Assembly: GCA_035641235.1 (NCBI GenBank)
Contig: DASQUP010000144.1
Span: forward strand, 1-61,504
DNA: 61,504 bases
Origin: Actinomycetota bacterium
Lineage (GTDB): Bacteria; Actinomycetota; CADDZG01; WHSQ01
Direction: 5' to 3'
The translations under genes and the position numbers were made by a program. Positions 34,187-42,483 of the stretch are shown one piece after another (position 1 is the stretch's first letter; each line of letters begins with the position of its first letter). The notes beneath the pieces are model-generated. The model worked only from the letters and a program-made list of their open reading frames with translations, ran no database searches and was not told where the DNA came from.

Positions 34187-35141
34187 AACGTCCCAGGGCA
34201 TTTGCAATCTCTCTAGCCAGTCCGCTCGGGTCATTTTTCATCCGAGCGTAGGTGACGTGCAACACTCTTTTTCCGCTTGCGGTGAGACGGTTGCGGCGTT
34301 GCAGATCGCGCTCCCAGTCCTTGGGATTGAGGTGATGGCGTCGACTGTCGACCTCGATCACAAGATCTTCATCTGGATAAATGAAGTCCACGCGTGCGAC
34401 GAACCCAGCTTCATCACGCACGACCCGCTGGCGTACTGGCAGAGGAAGGCGCTTGCGGCGGAGCAACTGGAGGAATTTTGTTTCCAGGGCGCTCTCAGTT
34501 GGGGGCGTTAGGGGATCTCTGCCTTCGAGGACGAGTCGCAGAACGCCCGATCCTCGATGGCCGCGTCCGGATGCTTCCTCGAGACGTCTCATGAGCCGAT
34601 CGAGGTTTGTCATTCGCCGGCGCAACGCACACTCCAGCGCAAGCTCCACGACATCGGCCTCCACGACCGCGCCGAGGTCGATCAACGTTCGATGCACAGT
34701 CGACATCGGGATTCCGGCTACCTCTGCAATGTCCCTGCGCGGCACCCCGGTCATCCGATGAACAATGACGTCCGGGCGTGTCGTCCGGAAGTTGCACGAC
34801 GTACTTGCCTCGATCGTCCCCTCTGGAACTTCGTCGAGTTGCCAGAACCCTGCCGCGCCTCGATGCGATGCCCATATTTGACCCGGCTTCCACAACGTCA
34901 CCGCTTTCAGCTGTTGCTTGAAGGAACTCGGCGTTGCCGAATAGCGGTAGACCGTCGGATGCTCACGTACGATCAGGCCGCTCCTCAGGCGCCGCCCGAT
35001 CCCGTGATCCTCGATGCCGACCTCGCGTGCCTGCTTCGAGGTGAAGAGCCCATACTGATTGGCCGCTATCCGCGCTAGAGCAGCGTCGCCTCGGTCGTTG
35101 GTGTGAATCCTGCCCATAAGGGACGTTGTCGCGCCGTCCAA
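34176..35141 (-). CDS. AbiEi-like wHTH plus DUF559 (Vsr-like endonuclease fold) protein, paralog 1
   Basis: N-terminal GLFTSKQAREVGI...GLIVREHPTVYRY. C-terminal DFIYPDEDLVIEVDSRRHH...RRNRLTASGKRVLHVTY. TTG at 35141 or ATG at 35117. Sits between ccmB and ccmC. Confidence 0.8.
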   Translation of the reverse strand: MDGATTSLMGRIHTNDRGDAALARIAANQYGLFTSKQAREVGIEDHGIGRRLRSGLIVREHPTVYRYSATPSSFKQQLKAVTLWKPGQIWASHRGAAGFWQLDEVPEGTIEASTSCNFRTTRPDVIVHRMTGVPRRDIAEVAGIPMSTVHRTLIDLGAVVEADVVELALECALRRRMTNLDRLMRRLEEASGRGHRGSGVLRLVLEGRDPLTPPTESALETKFLQLLRRKRLPLPVRQRVVRDEAGFVARVDFIYPDEDLVIEVDSRRHHLNPKDWERDLQRRNRLTASGKRVLHVTYARMKNDPSGLAREIANALGRSLA

Positions 35142-35196
35142 GCCAGTGTGCTGTGAAATAGATCACAGCGAAGCGTTGCGGCGGCGGCGCGCCGGG

Positions 35197-35946
35197 TTAG
35201 TCGATTGCGAACTCGAAAGCCAGCGCGCCCGTCGTTGTCATGATTACGTCGAACGCCAGCAGGATTCCGAACCAACCCTGCTCCGTCACTGCTCCGAACC
35301 CCCCGCCCAAAAACAAGTCCGAAGACAACTCCAACCCCCCGATGAACGCAGGCACCAGGGCAGGCAGCGCCAGGATCGGCAGGATCAGCTCCCGGCTGCG
35401 AGTTCCGGCGGCGAGCGCCGAGAACAAAGTCCCGATCGCCACGAAGCCGACGTTCACGAGCAACACCACCACGGCCATCGGACCCAGTGACGACACGAGG
35501 TCGACCCCGAAGAGCAAGGCGAAGGCAGGCAGGAGAACCGCCTCAACGAGCAGGATCGAGATGAAGTTCGCCGCCGCCTTTGCAAAAAATAAACCCGTCC
35601 GATCCAGCGGAAGGAGCAGAAGAACGTCGAGCGCGCCCTCCTGCTGGTCCACCTCGAACGTTCGTGCGAACCCGATCAGCCCCGCGAACAGCACGGTCAC
35701 CCAGAAGAATCCGGCGAGCACATCGGCCAGCGGTGCTACCCCCACACCCACCACAGAGGTTGGAGCTTCGAGTCGGCCGGACGTCGGGAGTGTGAACGCT
35801 AGCAACAGAGTCACCGCGAACGAAAACGCCAGCATCGGGGGAAGGGTGTCGCGCGTCCGCAATTCGATGCGTATGTCCTTGCGGGCCAATACTGCCGTCT
35901 TTGCCACCCACCCCCGCTCTGCGCGCGGCGCAGCAATGGAGCTCAC
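35197..35946 (-). CDS. ccmB: haem exporter permease CcmB
   Basis: GTG at 35946 overlaps the ccmA TGA. CcmB-like FEVDQQEGALDVLLLLPLDR segment. 6 TM. Confidence 0.88.
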   Translation of the reverse strand: MSSIAAPRAERGWVAKTAVLARKDIRIELRTRDTLPPMLAFSFAVTLLLAFTLPTSGRLEAPTSVVGVGVAPLADVLAGFFWVTVLFAGLIGFARTFEVDQQEGALDVLLLLPLDRTGLFFAKAAANFISILLVEAVLLPAFALLFGVDLVSSLGPMAVVVLLVNVGFVAIGTLFSALAAGTRSRELILPILALPALVPAFIGGLELSSDLFLGGGFGAVTEQGWFGILLAFDVIMTTTGALAFEFAID

Positions 35947-36611
35947 GACCGCCTCACGGTGGACCGCTTCCGGGGGCCGTATCTGCCCGCCACAACCACT
36001 CGCCCATCGCGCAGGATGATCCCGCCGTCGGCATAGGCCTTCACTTTCTTGGCGCCGTGCGTTGCGATCAGCGCCACCTTCCCGGGCGCGCACCATTCCT
36101 TCACGGCGGTCGAGAGCATTTCCGATGCATCGTCATCGAGGTTTGCGTAGGGCTCGTCAAGAAGAAGCACATCCGGGTCGTGGACGATCGCCCGCGCTAC
36201 CGATGCTCGCCTCTTGAGTCCCGCAGACAGATCGCCCGCATAAGTCGATGCCCGTCCCGACAGGCCCACTGCCGCGAGCGCATCGTCGACGCGCGCCGCC
36301 GGCGCGCCGTACAACCCTGCAAACAGCTCCAGGTTCTCGGCGACGGTTAGGCGTGAATAGAGCCCTGCCGCGTGGCCCGAGTACCCGATCCGCCGCCGAA
36401 AGGATTCATCTCTCAGCGACGGCGGCTGCCCCTCGACCGCAACCGACCCCGACGTCGGTCGCTGCAGCCCGGCAATAACGCGCAGCAGCGTCGACTTACC
36501 GGAGCCGTTCGGCCCGAAGAGCCCTGTGATACCGGCTGCTACATCGAGATCGACCCCGTCGAGAGCAATAGTGCGTCCGAACGCAACCGTGAGGGAGGCC
36601 GCGGAGATCAT
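35943..36611 (-). CDS. ccmA: haem exporter ATPase CcmA
   Basis: Walker A GPNGSGKST, signature LSAGLKRR, Walker B LLLDEP. ATG at 36611 preferred. Confidence 0.9.
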   Translation of the reverse strand: MISAASLTVAFGRTIALDGVDLDVAAGITGLFGPNGSGKSTLLRVIAGLQRPTSGSVAVEGQPPSLRDESFRRRIGYSGHAAGLYSRLTVAENLELFAGLYGAPAARVDDALAAVGLSGRASTYAGDLSAGLKRRASVARAIVHDPDVLLLDEPYANLDDDASEMLSTAVKEWCAPGKVALIATHGAKKVKAYADGGIILRDGRVVVAGRYGPRKRSTVRRS

Positions 36612-36657
36612 GCCCGAACTCGGACGCGCCCGAACGCCGCCTCGCACGCGCCGCGCC

Positions 36658-37836
36658 TCACAGCGTCGGCTCCGGCTGAGCTAGGTTCGCCAGCCTCTCC
36701 TTGAGTTCGGCACGCCGCTTCGACCACTCCTGTTCAGAGATATCTCCTGCTCGATAGCGAAGGTCGAGCGCTGCGATGAGCGACAAGAGATGGTCGCGCG
36801 TCTCGGCAACGGGATGTCCGCCGTATGCGGTCAATCCCTCGACGGGGCGGGGGCCGCGTCGCCGCATGAAAGCGAAACCGACCAACCCAACTGCGAGCAC
36901 CGCAGCGATTCCGATTCCGATGTTCAGTCCGCCGCCTTCGGCCTCCGCGGTGGCCTGAACCTGCAGCCGGTCGCCCCCTTCGATGGTGTCCGTTGTCGCC
37001 CACCGTTCGTAGGTTCGGTCTCCGATCCTCACACGTTCGTCGGGAACGAGCCGGTTGCTGCGAATCGTGAGCGGCGGCTCCGCGTGCACGAGCATGTTGA
37101 GAGTCGGGTACAGCGCTGCACGATTGATGTCGAAGATACCGGCGCTCCCAGGGATCGTGTAGGTGTAGGTGAAGGTGCTCTCTCCAGGGGGAACGGCTGC
37201 GGTAATGGCTAAGCCGAAGTCGCTCTCGGTCGCCCCCGGCACATCGATGCTCGAGTCGACAAGCGGGAAGTCCGGTAGTTCGGCTCCGTCGGGTACTGAG
37301 AACCCGAGCGTGGGACGCGGTCCCTCGTCTCCTCCTCCGCCCCGTCCGATGTAGGCGCGGTTCGAGTTGTTTATGACGATGACCGACTCGATTACATCAA
37401 CGCCTCGATCCGACAATGACAGGAACATGGCATCCCGCTCTACGACGATTACGTCGGGATCGTCGGTCGGTGGCCACACTCGCAACGTGGTGTCCACAAC
37501 GGGAGGCTCGGCCGTGTCCGATGGAAGTCGAACGGCACCTCCGTAGTACCCCTGCCGGAAGTTGGCGGTGAGCGTATAGAGGTACTCGTCCCCCGTCGGA
37601 AGTTTGTCGAACTCAAAGCGTCCGCGCCGGTCGGTGGTAGTGCGTTTGACTTTGGGCTCGCTGCCTTGCTCGCTCGCTTGGGTCAACACGACCCGAACCC
37701 CACGCACACCTCTATCGGAGTCGCCGCGCAAAACCTCGCCGGTGATCGTTCCTTTCTCCGCGGCCTCGACCGGCCCGGCGATCAGCGGCAGCGCTGCCAC
37801 AGCCGCCAGGGCAAACTTCAGGATTCGTGACCGCAT
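36658..37836 (-). CDS. secreted/anchored protein with carboxypeptidase-regulatory-like Ig domain and CcmI-like cytoplasmic tail
   Basis: Signal peptide MRSRILKFALAAVAALPLIAGPVEA. GxVxxxxxxxxVxGVRVVL...TDRRGRFEF beta-sandwich. C-terminal TM, then ALDLRYRAGDISEQEWSKRRAELKERL. Confidence 0.65.
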   Translation of the reverse strand: MRSRILKFALAAVAALPLIAGPVEAAEKGTITGEVLRGDSDRGVRGVRVVLTQASEQGSEPKVKRTTTDRRGRFEFDKLPTGDEYLYTLTANFRQGYYGGAVRLPSDTAEPPVVDTTLRVWPPTDDPDVIVVERDAMFLSLSDRGVDVIESVIVINNSNRAYIGRGGGGDEGPRPTLGFSVPDGAELPDFPLVDSSIDVPGATESDFGLAITAAVPPGESTFTYTYTIPGSAGIFDINRAALYPTLNMLVHAEPPLTIRSNRLVPDERVRIGDRTYERWATTDTIEGGDRLQVQATAEAEGGGLNIGIGIAAVLAVGLVGFAFMRRRGPRPVEGLTAYGGHPVAETRDHLLSLIAALDLRYRAGDISEQEWSKRRAELKERLANLAQPEPTL

Positions 37837-38216
37837 TTGCTGCATGCCTCTCCCGGAACTCTTGGCCCCCCGCACTCGGGACACTCCATTCGAGCTCGAA
37901 TCGCAGCTATCTCCGCTTCGAACTCGTCATCATCGGCCTCACCCCGTTCGATTGCGTCGAGTTCCTTGAGAGCGGCGAGAGCTTCGGCTTCGTACTCGTC
38001 GCGCAGGATCTCGAAGTCGGCCGTCGACAGCTTGCCGATAAGCCGTTCGTTCTCAATGTCCACAAGGGCGCCAAGCGCAGCCTCTTTGCGCGCTCCGGCT
38101 TCCTCCAGCCGGATTGAAACAGAATTAGCCTCCGGCCGCGCCCCGCGCACAAGGGGGATTGAGATGTAGATCCCTGCGACGGTGATGAAAAGGAGGATCA
38201 GTACGATTTCCATCAC
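37818..38216 (-). CDS. CcmI-like N-terminal module protein with C-terminal zinc ribbon
   Basis: N-terminal TM. ALVDIENERLIGKLSTADFEILRDEYEAEA resembles the CcmI/CycH N-terminal motif. C-terminal CPECGG...CSKCG. Confidence 0.55.
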   Translation of the reverse strand: MMEIVLILLFITVAGIYISIPLVRGARPEANSVSIRLEEAGARKEAALGALVDIENERLIGKLSTADFEILRDEYEAEALAALKELDAIERGEADDDEFEAEIAAIRARMECPECGGPRVPGEACSKCGHES

Positions 38217-38671
38217 GGTTCATCCCTGAACGCCGCCAGCTCCGCTTGAACCCGAGCACGGTCCGAGTCGGCGATGCGCGGTCGATCTGCTCCGGCTGCG
38301 GGTTCTCTCTCAGAGGGTGTCCATCGCCTGGCCAGCCAGACGACCAGGGCCAAACCCGCCATCGCGAACAGCGCCGGCGTGACCCATGCGACCCCCTCTT
38401 TAGGTGTTGCTCGGATGCCCGGCCCGTATTCGGCCTCCAAACGATTCAGGATCTGGGCGTCCGTCATCCCCTCGCGTGCCATGCCGGCGATCTCTGCACG
38501 GAGCTCGTCGGACTCCTTCGAGGGGCAGTCGTGAAGTGTGACGCCGTCGCAGAAGGGCGACATGATTCGTTGCGACAGGCGCGCTGCCCTTTCCTCCGGA
38601 GTCTGTGCTGCCGCCACGTGCGTCAGAAACAAACTTCCCGCGAGTGTCAGCGCGAGCAGCCCTGCTTTCAT
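38213..38671 (-). CDS. ccmH: CcmH/NrfF-like protein with non-canonical redox motif
   Basis: ATG at 38671 overlaps the ccmF TGA (ATGA). Signal peptide. RIMSPFCDGVTLHDCPSKESDELRAEI aligns with LRCPKCQNNSIADSNS of canonical CcmH. EYG and a C-terminal TM follow. Confidence 0.75.
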   Translation of the reverse strand: MKAGLLALTLAGSLFLTHVAAAQTPEERAARLSQRIMSPFCDGVTLHDCPSKESDELRAEIAGMAREGMTDAQILNRLEAEYGPGIRATPKEGVAWVTPALFAMAGLALVVWLARRWTPSEREPAAGADRPRIADSDRARVQAELAAFRDEP

Positions 38672-40665
38672 CGTGTGACCACCGCGGGCTCGGAGGCGGG
38701 GCGGCGCGCCCCAGGACTTCTCTGAGGTACCGGCGCTCCACCGCTCATGATGACGACCATGCCCAAGAGCATCACCGCGGCGCCGGCCCAGATCCACCAC
38801 GTGAGCGGATTCACGAAGGCCCGGAGCCCGGCCGCCCCGTCTCTGTCGAGTGACGTCACAACTACATAGAGGTCTTCGACGGGCGTCGTCCTGATGGCAA
38901 CTTCGCTCTGTCGCTGGCCCTGAGCGAAATGGAAGTTCAGCTGCGGTCGCAGCGTGGTGATCTGGCGGTCACCTCTGAAGACGTCGACCTGGGCGGCGTT
39001 GACTTCCTTCTCGGGCGTCGAGCCACGATCCAGTCCCTCGTAGACAAGTGTGTACTCGCCGATCTTCATCGAGTCGCCCACCGGAACAAGCGCCTGGCTC
39101 TCGGTGCGAAATGCTGCGCCCGCAAGGCCCAAAACGATCAACAACACACCAAGGTGGACGACGTAGCCGCCGTACCGGCGGCGATTACGCATGAGGGTTC
39201 GTCCGAGCGCCTCCCGCCAGCCGGCGCCGCGCGTCCTGTACACGCGGCTCCCGCGCACGAACTCACCCGCGATCGCCGTGGCCGTAAATGCACACAGACC
39301 GAACGCCAGCAGTGCGCCCGCGCTGCGCGTGCCCATCGCCGCGACGACGAGCGTGACCCCCGCTCCGGCCAGCAGCGGGATCTGCACCACCCTCAAGAAG
39401 GCTCCTCTGCTCATCCGGCGCCACGAGATCAGGGGTCCGATGCCGGTCAGCGCCACTATTGCGAGTGCGACGGGGATGAAGACCGAATTGAAGAAGGGTG
39501 GTCCCACCGACAGCCGAACTCCAGAGAACGCTTCCGCAACTATCGGGTACATGGTTCCCCACAGGACGGTGAAGGCCGCAGCGAGGAACAGCACATTGTT
39601 CAGTAGGAAAGCGGACTCGCGCGACAACAAAGAGTCGAACCGGTTCTCGCTCCTAAGCCGCTCCCCGCGAGCCACTACAACTACCAACCCGCCGATCAAC
39701 ATGAAGCCAAGGAACGGCAGAAACCATTTCCCCGTTGTGCTCTCCGTGAAGGTGTGGATGCTCGAGAGGATTCCGGAGCGAGTGAGGAACGTGCCGAAGA
39801 GGGCAAGCACGTACGTGAGCAGGATCAAGACTACGTTCCAGACCTTGAACATCCGGCGCTTCTCTTGGATGACCACAGAATGCAGGAATGCAGTCGCCGT
39901 GAGCCATGGCATGAACGAGGCGTTCTCCACCGGATCCCAAGCCCAGTAGCCGCCCCAACCGAGTTCCGTGTAGGCCCAGGCCCCTCCGAGGACGATGCCG
40001 ATAGACAACGAACTCCACGCGAAAAGCGTCCATCGCCGTGTGGACGTGAACCACGAGTCATCCAACCGCCCTGAGAACAGAGCGGCCATCGCGAACGCGA
40101 ACGGCACCGAGAAACCCACGAATCCGGCGTACAACAGCGGTGGGTGTATGAGCATGCCCGGAGACTGAAGCAGCGGGTTCAGCCCCTGGCCGTCCGTGGG
40201 AACGTCGGCCACTTTCGTGAAGGGATCGGCGGGCCCCACAAGCAGCGCGAGGAAAAAGACGGCCACTCCCGCCAAGACGGCGCCCGCCCACGCAACGAGG
40301 CGGTCGGTGCGGGCGCGCGCCCGGATCAGGGCAACTGCAGCAAAGGCGGTTAGGAGGAAGGTCCAGAACAAAAGGGACCCCTCCATGCCGCCCCACAACG
40401 CTGCGAATGTGTACCGGAAACTGAGCGAGCGGGAGGAGTAGTTGACGGCGTACTGGAGGGAGAAGTCGTGAACGAGGAGTGCATGTAACAGCGCCACCAT
40501 CCCGATGGTGACCAGAACGCCTGTGGCAACCATCGCCCTGACGCCGGCCTTGGTGAGCTCGCTGCGCCGCCGCAAGGCGCCGAGCGTGCACAACGCCCCG
40601 GCCGCCAGCGCCACGATCGCTGCAGCGACCAATGACGGGCGTCCCAGGGCAGCAAGCGAATTCAC
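38668..40665 (-). CDS. ccmF: cytochrome c haem lyase subunit CcmF
   Basis: 665 aa polytopic protein. WWD motif WGGYWAWDPVENAS. Confidence 0.93.
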   Translation of the reverse strand: MNSLAALGRPSLVAAAIVALAAGALCTLGALRRRSELTKAGVRAMVATGVLVTIGMVALLHALLVHDFSLQYAVNYSSRSLSFRYTFAALWGGMEGSLLFWTFLLTAFAAVALIRARARTDRLVAWAGAVLAGVAVFFLALLVGPADPFTKVADVPTDGQGLNPLLQSPGMLIHPPLLYAGFVGFSVPFAFAMAALFSGRLDDSWFTSTRRWTLFAWSSLSIGIVLGGAWAYTELGWGGYWAWDPVENASFMPWLTATAFLHSVVIQEKRRMFKVWNVVLILLTYVLALFGTFLTRSGILSSIHTFTESTTGKWFLPFLGFMLIGGLVVVVARGERLRSENRFDSLLSRESAFLLNNVLFLAAAFTVLWGTMYPIVAEAFSGVRLSVGPPFFNSVFIPVALAIVALTGIGPLISWRRMSRGAFLRVVQIPLLAGAGVTLVVAAMGTRSAGALLAFGLCAFTATAIAGEFVRGSRVYRTRGAGWREALGRTLMRNRRRYGGYVVHLGVLLIVLGLAGAAFRTESQALVPVGDSMKIGEYTLVYEGLDRGSTPEKEVNAAQVDVFRGDRQITTLRPQLNFHFAQGQRQSEVAIRTTPVEDLYVVVTSLDRDGAAGLRAFVNPLTWWIWAGAAVMLLGMVVIMSGGAPVPQRSPGARRPASEPAVVTR

Positions 40666-40690
40666 GTGCCGCTCCCGGACTTGCCGCCGA

Positions 40691-40739
40691 CTTCTGTCTG
40701 CTCAGAACCGCGGTATCCGCGGTTTTCAGCAGACAGAAG
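40691..40739. repeat. nested double hairpin (type A, copy 3) in the ccmE-ccmF intercistronic gap
   Basis: Outer stem CTTCTGTCTGCT/AGCAGACAGAAG (12 bp). Inner stem AACCGCGG/CCGCGGTT (8 bp) with loop TAT. Confidence 0.5.
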
Positions 40740-40774
40740 CGCGAGTCCGGCGGGTGTGGGCCGGCGCGCCGAGC

Positions 40775-41221
40775 TCAAGCCTTGGCTTTGAACTTGGAGG
40801 GACACTTTGCGAGTACCTCTGAAGCGGAGAAGATCTCGCCGTCGAAGGACCCCCGAGCCACGACCTCGGTATCTGCGTCGTCACGGAAGGCGTCCGGAAG
40901 CGGCCGGTCTGTTAGCACCGTGACATCGGTGTCTCCGTCCGTGATTGCGAAGGTCGTCTCGAGGCCCCGGCGGTCCACCGTGCCCTCAACGACGTTGCCG
41001 TTTATCCGGACTTCCTCGGCTCCCGTCGTGGGCCCCCGGTCAGAGACCTCGCTGGTTGTGAGGTAAAAGGCGGTGGAACCGGGCCGGGTGGTAGCCCACA
41101 ACACAAGGCCGATCACCGTCACGACGATGATCGCTCCGCCGGCATAGAACTTTACGTTTGTTTTGCTGTTGCCCGCCCCGGGTTTGTCCGGCCACGGGGT
41201 GTCCTCTAGCTGCTGGTCCAT
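40775..41221 (-). CDS. ccmE: haem chaperone CcmE, Cys variant
   Basis: N-terminal anchor plus OB fold. The C-terminus reads EVLAKCPSKFKAKA where canonical CcmE has VLAKHDENY. Confidence 0.88.
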   Translation of the reverse strand: MDQQLEDTPWPDKPGAGNSKTNVKFYAGGAIIVVTVIGLVLWATTRPGSTAFYLTTSEVSDRGPTTGAEEVRINGNVVEGTVDRRGLETTFAITDGDTDVTVLTDRPLPDAFRDDADTEVVARGSFDGEIFSASEVLAKCPSKFKAKA

Positions 41222-41261
41222 GTCTGACCAGCGTAAATGAAACTTCGAGGTAGGCCGCGCC

Positions 41262-41840
41262 CTATTCGAGGACGTACAAGGTCACGAACAAAAAGATCCA
41301 GACGACGTCCACGAAATGCCAGTAGTACGAGACGGCTTCCGCCGTTCCATGTCTGGCAGCCGAGATTCGGCCCCCTCGAGCCGAGGCGTACACCACTCCG
41401 ATTGCCACTAGACCTCCGGCGACATGGAGTCCATGGAAGCCGGTCATCGTGAAAAACAGAGTGGCGAACTGGTTCGTGGAGATGACGAAGTCCTCGCCGA
41501 CGAGTTCTGAGTACTCCCAAGCCTGTCCACCGAGGAAGACCAACCCGAGAGTGATGGTGATCACCAGCCATCTCATCGTCCCGGCGACGTCGTCAGTTCG
41601 TAGGACGGTCACCGCCCGCTGGATTGTGAACGACGAGGCTATGAGAAAGAGAGAGAAGAAGCCGGTGCGCAGTACGGCTATCTCGGCCGTCCCCGGCGGA
41701 GGCCATGGGTCGGTGGCTGCCCGAATCGTGAAGTAGGCGCCGAACAAGCTGCCGAAGAACATCAGTTCTGAGGCGATGAACAGCATCATGCCGAGGAGGG
41801 CGCCCGGAATGCGGCGTTCTCGAACTCCCTGGACGGCCAT
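41262..41840 (-). CDS. haem-copper oxidase subunit III paralog
   Basis: FFGSLFGAYF, TGFHGLHVAGG and YYWHFVDVVW motifs. 192 aa. Confidence 0.88.
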   Translation of the reverse strand: MAVQGVRERRIPGALLGMMLFIASELMFFGSLFGAYFTIRAATDPWPPPGTAEIAVLRTGFFSLFLIASSFTIQRAVTVLRTDDVAGTMRWLVITITLGLVFLGGQAWEYSELVGEDFVISTNQFATLFFTMTGFHGLHVAGGLVAIGVVYASARGGRISAARHGTAEAVSYYWHFVDVVWIFLFVTLYVLE

Positions 41841-42409
41841 TACCCCGATCCCGCCTCGTTCAGCAGACCCTCGATCCTCGCCAGCAGTTCCTCCTCCGAG
41901 ATCTCACCGAGCACCGGATCACCGCTGAGACGACCGTTCGCGTCCATAAAGAAGGTCTGTGGCAGCGGGTCTACGTTGAGCTGCCCGGCCAGCTCCGCTT
42001 CGGGGTCTCTCAAGATGTCGTAGGTGATCTCGTATTCCTCTACGAATTCCTTCGCAGTGACCTCCGCGTCCTTGACATCGATCCCGACGATCGTCAGCTC
42101 GTCGGAGAAGCGCCGATGCATTCGCTCGAACAGCGGCATCTCCCTGCGGCACGGGATACACCACGAAGCCCAGAAATTCAGGATCGCGGGGCGACCGCTG
42201 AGATCGCTACGTGCGACCGTTCCGGGGGCGTCCAGACGAGGCAACTCGAACTCCACGAGACGGCCCGGTGCCGTCGCACTGTCTGGAGCAGGGCGCACGA
42301 GCCCGAATACGACGACGCCGATCAAGAAGGCTGCTGCAACCAACGCGGGAATCAGCCGGCGGGACTTTGAGCGTTTGTGAGCGCCTTCCACCTCGTCCCA
42401 AGGCACCAT
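41840..42409 (-). CDS. TlpA/CcmG/ResA-like thiol:disulfide oxidoreductase
   Basis: ATG at 42409 (MVPWDEV...) with TM anchor. FWASWCIPCRRE. The ORF track start at 42568 is unlikely. Confidence 0.85.
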   Translation of the reverse strand: MVPWDEVEGAHKRSKSRRLIPALVAAAFLIGVVVFGLVRPAPDSATAPGRLVEFELPRLDAPGTVARSDLSGRPAILNFWASWCIPCRREMPLFERMHRRFSDELTIVGIDVKDAEVTAKEFVEEYEITYDILRDPEAELAGQLNVDPLPQTFFMDANGRLSGDPVLGEISEEELLARIEGLLNEAGSG

Positions 42410-42483
42410 ATCGAGCAGGCTACCGGCCTTCGTTCCTTTATGCTGACGGCGTCGAAGCCAAGTTCGAACGGAACAAGGACTGG

